Assembly: GCA_030754595.1 (NCBI GenBank)
Contig: JASLZZ010000041.1
Coordinates: 1-62,347, forward strand
Length of the DNA: 62,347 nucleotides
Reading direction: 5' to 3'
Source: Nitrospinota bacterium
GTDB lineage: Bacteria > UBA8248
Shown here: positions 55,196 to 62,347 of the stretch, piece by piece
Numbering within the stretch: position 1 is the first letter of the stretch
Layout of the letters: every line of letters begins with the position of its first letter
Position numbers and translations under genes: made by a program
Notes under the pieces: generated by a model
Database searches by the model: none
What the model saw: the letters and a program-made list of their open reading frames with translations, nothing else
What the model was told of the DNA's origin: nothing

Positions 55196-56716
55196 ATGAA
55201 AACCGTCAAGCGTTTATCTTCCCAAAAGCGGATGCTCCTTTTTGCCCTCTTCTCGGGGTTGGTTGCGTGGTTCGCCTTCTGGGGATTAATGGGAGTTGTC
55301 CGTTCGGCCCGCCTTTACAGCCTCAACAAAACCGATCTTCGTCTCATTCAGGCGCTCAGGGAGAGGGTTAGTGCGCGGATCCAAAGAAGCCTGGACCAAA
55401 TCCAGGGCGCGGAGCTTCTGATAGCTTCGACGCCGTCCAGCGCTGCCACTACTACAAAGGCTCTGGTCTTCGCGTTGAACCACACTGGCAGTGGGAGGGA
55501 GGTTCACTCCGCCGCCGTGGTACTCGATGAGCGGGCCAGAATCTTCTCTTCGCGGCGCCAGGGAGGAGTTCCGCCGCCCGGGGCGTCGGAGAGAAGGGTC
55601 TGGAGACGCGCCGTAGCCGCCCTCCGTAACCAGAAAAAGAGTGGTAAAGGGATCCGTTACCATATCGAAGCGGGACGCCTCGAGGACATTCCGGCCTTGT
55701 TTATCGTTTCCCCGTCTCCATCCACGAAAAGATATTGGGGAGTTGTTTTGGTCGCGGAGAATTTCATTTCTCTCGATAAAGGTGAAGTGGGCTCCGGCGA
55801 CGGGCTTTTCCTCGTTTCCGAACCGGACCAGATCGTGTTTTATGCCCGAAAGGGCTCTGAATTCGTTCACGACGCCATCGGCCGGGAATTCGACAAGGGA
55901 CTGGGGCCGAGTCTTGAGATCCTCGCCTGCTGCGATCCGGCGGCATTTAATACGGTGAGCGATGGGAAGCGGTGGATGTCACTCCTCGATTTTCCCGGAG
56001 GAACCCGGACCCTCCGCCTGGTCCGTGTGACCGGCCCCATGGCTGCGTCGGCGGAGTTGGCAAGGACCAACCAGACTCTGGCGGGCGGCGTTCTAGTCTG
56101 CTGGCTCGTATTGCTCGGCGCATTTTGGCTGTTGAGGAGGAGAAGAGCCGAAGGGAGCTATGATGATCCCGGCGATAGTTCCACGCACGATGCTATCGAA
56201 CCGCTGCCCTCCAACACGCCTTTTGCCGCGCTCACTCGCCTGGGCGAATCGGTGGCGCGCGGGGACCATTTTCGGGAAGTGATTTCCTACGGCACCGAGG
56301 AGGCCGCCCGGTATGTCGGTGCGGATCGGTTCTTCTCCGCGGTTTATGACGACGATCTCGACCAACTGTTCGAAATATCGTGCTCGAATCTGGGAGACGC
56401 CTTCAGGGCCGCCGTGGCTATCGGCGCTGGAAAGCTTCCCGAGCACATTGCCGTGAAGGAGAGACACCTCGTTGAAGTTCTCGCCGTATCGGAGTGGGAG
56501 GATGCGCCCGAGGTTTTGAAAAACGAGGGAATCGCCTCGGTTACGGTATTTCCGATGAGGGTCGGGGACAAAGTGGTGGGCTTGATGGCCCTTTACTTCG
56601 ATAATCCCCGCGAGCTTCATGCCGATGAAATCGACATTTGCGATTATATCGCCCTTCAGGGCGCGGTAGCGGTGTCGCGGGCGCTCTCCCTCCCGGAGCC
56701 TTCTCCCGATAGTTGA
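55196..56716 (+). CDS. Membrane sensor-like protein: 2 TM, extracytoplasmic domain, C-terminal GAF
   Basis: TM segments near aa 14-35 and 295-313; GIASVTVFPMRVGDKVVGLMALY..E..IALQGAVAV GAF signature. Confidence 0.75.
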   Translation: MKTVKRLSSQKRMLLFALFSGLVAWFAFWGLMGVVRSARLYSLNKTDLRLIQALRERVSARIQRSLDQIQGAELLIASTPSSAATTTKALVFALNHTGSGREVHSAAVVLDERARIFSSRRQGGVPPPGASERRVWRRAVAALRNQKKSGKGIRYHIEAGRLEDIPALFIVSPSPSTKRYWGVVLVAENFISLDKGEVGSGDGLFLVSEPDQIVFYARKGSEFVHDAIGREFDKGLGPSLEILACCDPAAFNTVSDGKRWMSLLDFPGGTRTLRLVRVTGPMAASAELARTNQTLAGGVLVCWLVLLGAFWLLRRRRAEGSYDDPGDSSTHDAIEPLPSNTPFAALTRLGESVARGDHFREVISYGTEEAARYVGADRFFSAVYDDDLDQLFEISCSNLGDAFRAAVAIGAGKLPEHIAVKERHLVEVLAVSEWEDAPEVLKNEGIASVTVFPMRVGDKVVGLMALYFDNPRELHADEIDICDYIALQGAVAVSRALSLPEPSPDS

Positions 56717-56959
56717 GTTCGATCGAGAGTTGAACTCTCCGCCGGTCGTTCATAATCTTTCCGGTTGATTCCATCCCGTATTCCCCGTGTCGTGGCGGCG
56801 GCCGGACTTCAGGTCAGCTCGCCGGACGTTCCCGCCGGGCGTTACCGTCGGGCATTATGGTAAGATTTCCGCTCGTTTTTCGGGGCGGGGCTCCGAAGGA
56901 TTCACTCGGATATTTTTTGCAATCAAAGGCGGGCCGACCCGCCGCCGGAGGACGGCCGC

Positions 56960-57943
56960 TTGCATAACCTGAATCTTCCCGTCGCTGCCCTGCTCGCGGC
57001 GGCTTTGGTTTGGGGCGCCACTTTTCCCCTGGTGAAAACGGCGCTTCTCGATGTCGATGCAATCTCGTTCCTGGGGATGCGGTTCGCCGCAGCGCTGGGT
57101 GTGTTGGCGGTGGTGCTCGCGGGGCTTCCCCGCCGGCAGGAGATATTGCGGATACGCCCTGCCGAGTGGTCGATGGGCGCGGTGGCCGGGGCCGCGCTGT
57201 ACGGCGGGTTTCTTTTTCAGACGTTAGGCCTACGCACTACGACCGCCGTCAATTCCGCTTTTATCACCGGTCTTTGCGTCGTCATGGTTCCTTTTTTGAT
57301 GTGGGTGGGCGGAAAGCCTCCCCGGCTCAAGCACGCGGCCGGAGCGGCGATTGCCGCCCTGGGCTTGTGGGGGCTTACGGGGGCCGACTTTGCCGGCGTG
57401 GGCCGGGGAGATTTACTCACGCTGGTTTGCGCTCTGATGTTCGCGCTGCACATTATTTGTCTGGGAACATTCGGCAAGAGGGTGAAAACGCTCCGGTTTT
57501 TTTGTGTCCAGTTGTTGAGCGCTTCGGCGCTGGCGGCGGCGGGGGCGTTTTTATGGGGCGGTCCGGTTCGCATGAGCGATGGTGTCGCCATCGCGCTTCT
57601 CGTGACCGGAGTGTTTGCGACGACCGGCGCCTTTTTCCTCCAGACCTGGGCCCAGCGTCGCCTGGAGCCCACCCGGGCATCTATCTGGATTCTGACCGAG
57701 CCGCTTTTTGCCCTCGGGTTCGGAGCCGTTTTGCTGGGGGAGTTTCCCGGCGCGGCCGGCTTGGCAGGCGCGGCCCTTATTTTAACGGGGGTATGGGTGG
57801 CCGAAACCGGCGGCCGGTTGTCCCCGGGGGTGTTTCGGCCCACCGCGCCCGCGGGCGGGGAGCCGCCCCCGCCGAAATCGTATCGATCCGCCCCAATTGG
57901 AGATTCCTCCAGCACCATGGAGTCGGGACATGTTGAAGCCTGA
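56960..57943 (+). CDS. DMT/EamA family transporter
   Basis: VWGATF, FQTLGL..TTAVNSAFITGL, GDLLTL, LQTWAQ, TEPLFA. Confidence 0.9.
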   Translation: MHNLNLPVAALLAAALVWGATFPLVKTALLDVDAISFLGMRFAAALGVLAVVLAGLPRRQEILRIRPAEWSMGAVAGAALYGGFLFQTLGLRTTTAVNSAFITGLCVVMVPFLMWVGGKPPRLKHAAGAAIAALGLWGLTGADFAGVGRGDLLTLVCALMFALHIICLGTFGKRVKTLRFFCVQLLSASALAAAGAFLWGGPVRMSDGVAIALLVTGVFATTGAFFLQTWAQRRLEPTRASIWILTEPLFALGFGAVLLGEFPGAAGLAGAALILTGVWVAETGGRLSPGVFRPTAPAGGEPPPPKSYRSAPIGDSSSTMESGHVEA

Positions 57944-58595
57944 GGATTTCAAGGAACTCTACCGGGTCTTTCACAGCGCGCCAACGGCGTTTGACTGCGG
58001 AAAAAAATGCGCCCCCTTCAACGACGGCGAGCCTTTTTGTTGCGACACGGGATGGGTCGTGCCCATCGCTTTTCCCGAGGAGTGGGAGTATCTGCAAAAA
58101 CAGTCTTGCCTCTGGCACGAGTTCAGGCCGCGGAACAGCGACGAGTTCGATCTCGTCGAGGAGATCGACGCTGACGAAAGCGTTTTTGTCGAGTGCCGCG
58201 GGCCCAGGTATTGCGAGCGCGAAAACCGATCGATTTCCTGCAGGACGTTTCCCTTCGAACCCTATCTCGATACGAAGGGAAATTTTCTGGGCATCATTTA
58301 CAACCGCGTCATTGAGGATAAATGCTACCTCGTGGACCGCCACAGCGTCGTCACCAAGGAATTCATCAAGATGTTCATGCGCTTTTTTGAAAAATTTTTC
58401 GTATCCCTTCCGAGCGAGCGAGAGCTCTACATGGAGCAGAGCCGGATCTACCGGAATCAGATGAGCCGCAGAAAAAAACCGGTGGTCGTTCTTACCTTGA
58501 AGGGACCCTTCGAGGCCGCCTACAGGGGCGGAAAGCTTCTCGCTCAATGGACGAAGCCCGATCCGCCTGAGAACAGCTACTGCCCGGACGTTTAG
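57930..58595 (+). CDS. Cys-cluster protein (YkgJ/CxxCxxCC-like, putative Zn/Fe-binding)
   Basis: DCGKKC..FCC..ECRGPRYC..RSISCRTFPF..KC. Confidence 0.75.
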   Translation: MLKPEDFKELYRVFHSAPTAFDCGKKCAPFNDGEPFCCDTGWVVPIAFPEEWEYLQKQSCLWHEFRPRNSDEFDLVEEIDADESVFVECRGPRYCERENRSISCRTFPFEPYLDTKGNFLGIIYNRVIEDKCYLVDRHSVVTKEFIKMFMRFFEKFFVSLPSERELYMEQSRIYRNQMSRRKKPVVVLTLKGPFEAAYRGGKLLAQWTKPDPPENSYCPDV

Positions 58596-58628
58596 GCGAC
58601 CGGCGGAAAGCCAGAGGGAGATTTCGCC

Positions 58629-59615
58629 ATGACTGAATTGATCACCCTGAAGGAAATCGAGGAGGCGCGGGCGGGCCTGCCCCCCGATATACGCTGGACG
58701 CCGTTGGTTCCCTTTTCCCGAAACTCAGCCGAAGTGGGAAACGAGCGGCTGCACCTCAAGCTCGAGAATCTCCAGGTCACCGGCGCCTACAAGCCCCGCG
58801 CCGCGTTTCATATTCTCGGCTCCCTGACGCCGGAGGAGCGCGCGCGCGGCGTGGTGATGAGCTCTTCGGGTAACTTCGCCCAGGCATTCGCCTACGCCGG
58901 GAAGCGGCTCGGAATTCCGGTCGTCGTGGTGATGATGGAGAACATGAGCCCCTATAAGATCGAGGCTATTCGGGGCTACGGAACCGAGATTGTTTTTTGT
59001 GAAAACCGCTATAGCGCCCGCAAGCCGATGATGGAAAAGGTGGCGCGTGAGCGGGAGATGCATGTCATCAACACGGCCGAGGACCGCCGGGTGGCCACTG
59101 GACATGCCGGAATCGGCATGGAGATTCTCGACGATATGCCGGATGTCGAGACCGTCATCGTACCCTGCAGCTCGGGCGGCCTGATCGCGGGGGTGGCCAG
59201 CGCCATCAAGCTCCGCAGTCCCGGTGTCCGCATCGTAGGGGTGAACCCCGAGGGCGGAGCGGCGATTCACCGCTCGCTCGAGGCGGGAGAGCCGGTGACG
59301 CTCGATCGGTGGGAGAGCATGGCGGACGGCCTTTCGGCCACCCGTCCGGGAGATTTTCCCTTCGCCCACATCCGCGAGCGCGTGGACGAGGTGGTTCTCG
59401 TGAGCGAGGAAGAGATCGCCGAGGCCTTCCGGCTGCTTTTCTCGAGGGGAAAGATTCTGGCCGAGCCCTCGGGGGCGGTCTCGGTGGCGGCGTGGATGAC
59501 CGGCCGGGCGGGAGAGGGCGCGAAAACGATCGCCGTGATCAGCGGCGGCAACGTCGCGGCCGAGGCCGTGTCCACCCTCCTGGCGGGCGGGCTGCCCGAG
59601 CCGATTCGCCAGTAG
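58629..59615 (+). CDS. PLP-dependent threonine/serine dehydratase family enzyme
   Basis: KLENLQVTGAYKPR, SSGNFAQ, GGLIAG, AEPSGA, ISGGN. Confidence 0.9.
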   Translation: MTELITLKEIEEARAGLPPDIRWTPLVPFSRNSAEVGNERLHLKLENLQVTGAYKPRAAFHILGSLTPEERARGVVMSSSGNFAQAFAYAGKRLGIPVVVVMMENMSPYKIEAIRGYGTEIVFCENRYSARKPMMEKVAREREMHVINTAEDRRVATGHAGIGMEILDDMPDVETVIVPCSSGGLIAGVASAIKLRSPGVRIVGVNPEGGAAIHRSLEAGEPVTLDRWESMADGLSATRPGDFPFAHIRERVDEVVLVSEEEIAEAFRLLFSRGKILAEPSGAVSVAAWMTGRAGEGAKTIAVISGGNVAAEAVSTLLAGGLPEPIRQ

Positions 59616-59635
59616 CTGAACTCGGCGCCCCCCGG

Positions 59636-60859
59636 CTATCTCCCCGCCAGCGCCGGATAGGCCTCCTCGGCCATGTCGGCGATTTTTTTCCCGATCATGA
59701 GCGATGCCGTCGCGCCCGGCGAGGGCGCGTTGCACACATGGATCGCCCCCTCGGTGTGGACGATGGCGAAGTCGTCCATCAACTTTCCCTCCATATCGAC
59801 GGCCTGGGCGCGTACTCCCGCCCCGCCGGGGACAAGGTCATCCTCCCCGATATCGGGCATGAGTTTCCGGAGCGCCCGCGTGAAGGCGGTTTTGCTGGCC
59901 GAGCGGACCATCTCGCCCGCGCCGACCCTCCAGTACTTTTTCGCCATCCGCCAGAAACCGGGATAGGAGAAGGTATCGAACATATCGCCGGGGTTCATCT
60001 GCGTCTTGGCGTAGCCCTCGCGCTTGAAGGCGAGGACGGCGTTCGGCCCCGCCTCGATGGTTCCGTCGATCCTTCGCGTAAAGTGCACGCCGAGGAAGGG
60101 AAAGGCCGGATCGGGCACCGGGTAGATGAGTCCTTGGACGAGGGAGCGTTTCTCGGCCTTCAGCTCGTAATATTCCCCCCGGAAGGGAATGATGCGCAGC
60201 GGAATGCGTCCACCGGCGAGCCGCGCGACCCGGTCGGCGTGGAGGCCCGCGCAATTCACCAGGAATTTTCCCGAAAAATCACCCGCGCTTGTCTCGACGG
60301 TGATCCCCCCGCTTCCCTTTACGACTCCGGTCACCTCGGCGCCCAGCCGAATCTCCTGGCCCGCCTCCTCGAAAATCCGCGCGTAGGCCCGCACAACCGC
60401 CGGGTAATCGATAATACCGGTCGAGGGGATCCACAGCGCTTTAACGCCGTTCGTATGAGGCTCGATGTCCTTGGTCTGGGCGGGGCCGAGGACCTTGATG
60501 CCCTCGATCCCGTTGGCCGAGCCCCGGCGGTGAAGCTCCTCCAGCCGAGGAATCTCTTCCGGGCCGGTGGCGACCACGATTTTCCCGCAAATTTCGTAGT
60601 CGATGCCATGCTCCTCGGCGAAGGCCACCATCGACCGGGCGCCCTCGCCGCAGGTTTGGGCCTTGAGGGAGCCGGGCCGGTAGTAGAGGCCCGCGTGGAT
60701 GACTCCGCTGTTGTGGCCGGATTGGTGCAGGCCGGGCTGGCCCTCTTTGTCGAGAATGAGGATTCGCTTGTCGGGATGGCGGCGGGATATCTCCATTGCG
60801 GAGGCGAGGCCGATGATTCCGGCGCCGACCACAATGACATCCCAGGATGGCGGCGACAC
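59636..60859 (-). CDS. lhgO: L-2-hydroxyglutarate oxidase
   Basis: GAGIIG, HQSGHNSGVIHAG.YY.PGSLKA, PFRGEY, IYPVPDPAFPFLGVH, NAPSPGATASL. Confidence 0.93.
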   Translation of the reverse strand: MSPPSWDVIVVGAGIIGLASAMEISRRHPDKRILILDKEGQPGLHQSGHNSGVIHAGLYYRPGSLKAQTCGEGARSMVAFAEEHGIDYEICGKIVVATGPEEIPRLEELHRRGSANGIEGIKVLGPAQTKDIEPHTNGVKALWIPSTGIIDYPAVVRAYARIFEEAGQEIRLGAEVTGVVKGSGGITVETSAGDFSGKFLVNCAGLHADRVARLAGGRIPLRIIPFRGEYYELKAEKRSLVQGLIYPVPDPAFPFLGVHFTRRIDGTIEAGPNAVLAFKREGYAKTQMNPGDMFDTFSYPGFWRMAKKYWRVGAGEMVRSASKTAFTRALRKLMPDIGEDDLVPGGAGVRAQAVDMEGKLMDDFAIVHTEGAIHVCNAPSPGATASLMIGKKIADMAEEAYPALAGR

Positions 60860-61191
60860 GGATGAATACCCTCAGACTGTGGAATTCAGGATTGGCCCAC
60901 GAAAAGACAGTATGGCCCACCTGCTCAGCCGCCGTAAAGGTGGACCGATCTAGGGCGTTGACGAAAAAAGTTCATCTCAGTATGGTTGTGGATAAACAAG
61001 GAAATACATTGGTTTTCTGTTGCCAAGGAGAGGAAGCCCCGGTTTTGGGGCAGCTTACTGGCGATGCCAAAAATTCGCGGGCGCCGTCGCACTCGGGCGG
61101 CATAGCGTTTTGTTTGGCTCGCGCTTTGTTGGAAGAATTAGGGGATTCGATACACGAAACTTCCATTTTGTTCAGCGAGGGGGATGAAACG

Positions 61192-62160
61192 ATGAGACAA
61201 GGATTGAAGTGGATGGTCGCCATGATGGTTGTTGTCGGTTTGGCCGGGGCTTCGGGCCCCGCTTCCGCCGCCAAGTTTCTGGTCGTCGGCGGAGGCTCCA
61301 CCACAGGCGTTTATTATCAGGTCGCTCTGAATGTGTGCAAAGTGGTCAATAAGAGCCTCAAAAGCAAAGGCTACAACTGCATCGGCCGGCCGGCCCTGGG
61401 CTCGGTTTTCAATATCAACGCGATTAAGCGAGGCCTCCTGAATTTCGGCGTGGCGCAGTCCGACCGCAACTGGCAGGCCTATAACGGCAAGGCCGACTGG
61501 AAGAAGAAGGGCCCCGTCAAGGAGCTCAGGAGCGTTTTCAGCGCCCATCCCGAGACCGTGTTGCTAGCCACCCGCGCGGACACGGGAATCAAGAAAGTCG
61601 CCGATCTGCGAGGCAAGCGTGTGAACATCGGCAACCCCGGCTCGGGTCAGCGGGGCAATGCGACAGATGTTCTCAAGATTTACGGCATCGACCGCAAAAA
61701 AGACATCAAGGCCGAAGGGCTTCAGCAGGGCGAGGCCAGCCGCTCGCTGGTGGACAAGAAGATCGACGCTTTTTTCTACACCGTCGGCAATCCCTGGGGG
61801 GGCGGTCTCGAAATCGCCAACAGCACCGACCTTCGCATAGTCCCCGTCAACTCCGCGGGGATCAAGAAGCTGGTGGCGGCGAACCCTTTCTACGTCATGA
61901 CCGTTATCAAGGGCGGAATCTACAAGGGCGTGAGCAAGGACGTTCCAACCTACGCCGTCAAAGCGACCTTCGTCACGAGCACGAAGCAGGATCCGGGGGT
62001 GGTCTACGACGTGGTGAAAGCCGTCTTTGGGAACCTCGATAAATTCAAGGCCTCGCACGCCGCTTTCAAGTTCCTGACTCCGAAGGCGATGTTGGGCGGT
62101 CTGTCGGCGCCTTTCCATAAAGGGGCGATGCGCTACTACAAAGAAGTTGGCCTGAAGTAA
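61192..62160 (+). CDS. TAXI family TRAP transporter solute-binding subunit
   Basis: Signal peptide; GGSTTGVYY, GSVFN, AQSD, NIGNPGSG, PFHKGAMRYYKE. Confidence 0.93.
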   Translation: MRQGLKWMVAMMVVVGLAGASGPASAAKFLVVGGGSTTGVYYQVALNVCKVVNKSLKSKGYNCIGRPALGSVFNINAIKRGLLNFGVAQSDRNWQAYNGKADWKKKGPVKELRSVFSAHPETVLLATRADTGIKKVADLRGKRVNIGNPGSGQRGNATDVLKIYGIDRKKDIKAEGLQQGEASRSLVDKKIDAFFYTVGNPWGGGLEIANSTDLRIVPVNSAGIKKLVAANPFYVMTVIKGGIYKGVSKDVPTYAVKATFVTSTKQDPGVVYDVVKAVFGNLDKFKASHAAFKFLTPKAMLGGLSAPFHKGAMRYYKEVGLK

Positions 62161-62201
62161 GAAATTGATCTCTTTCGGTTCCAATTCGCGGGGCGCGCCT
62201 A

Positions 62202-62347
62202 GAAGTTATTTCATAACTTCAAAATGACTTGGTATGCTGTGGTTCTCCGCCGGGAGGAGTGCAGCCATGGCATGGCGTGGCCTCACCGATTGGCAGTGGA
62301 AGCTGATCCAGCCCCATCTCCCGCCCCGGAAGATTAATCCCAAGGGC
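62202..62347 (+). mobile_element. Left end of an IS5-family insertion sequence, transposase partial
   Basis: GGAGG RBS, ATG at 62267 reads MAWRGLTDWQWKLIQPHLPPRKINPKG (IS5 LTDxQW..I.P.LP N-terminus); CTAG at 62199-62202 and a candidate terminal repeat GAAGTTATTTCATAAC. Confidence 0.75.

Noticed and set aside
59309..60865. 518-aa plus-strand ORF
   Set aside because: Antisense to lhgO
61115..61130. Possible sigma-54 promoter upstream of the TAXI gene (TGGCTC-N5-TTGT)
   Set aside because: Lacks the conserved -12 GC; too weak to call

Overview
GC-rich (roughly 60-65%, by eye) bacterial chromosomal contig with about 60 protein-coding genes; no rRNA, tRNA or CRISPR array was recognised. Housekeeping and recognisable genes: thiE-thiL, grxC, a complete regulator-speD-pdaD-speE-speB polyamine operon, citrate synthase, YjbQ, CinA/PncC, NhaP-type antiporter, CheX plus receiver, an ArsS-like radical SAM enzyme, oppF, a Thr/Ser dehydratase, lhgO and a TAXI receptor. 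The right edge runs into an IS5-family transposase. Three catabolic-looking clusters have no substrate I can assign: (i) 5.7-13.6 kb, an AbfD/HpaB-like flavoprotein lacking Fe-S cysteines with VOC, cyclase, Fe-ADH, YqeC and M20 genes; (ii) 20.5-31.3 kb, seven cupin genes around a TctABC transporter with PPOX-like and MDR oxidoreductases and a duplicated unknown protein; (iii) 34-43 kb, M24 + cyclase + NitT/TauT ABC + BKACE + ThDP enzyme. Best candidates for an undescribed system: a secreted 12-Cys NPC(AAK)-repeat peptide next to a TlpA-type thioredoxin; a sigma-28-promoted trio of unrelated low-complexity proteins sharing a C-terminal RGxx[hydrophobic][N/S][hydrophobic][hydrophobic][A/T] motif; and the cupin/TTT island. 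Several single-base frameshifts, an in-frame TAG and an internally deleted gene mean that sequencing or assembly error has to be excluded. All family calls come from motif recognition, not database searches.
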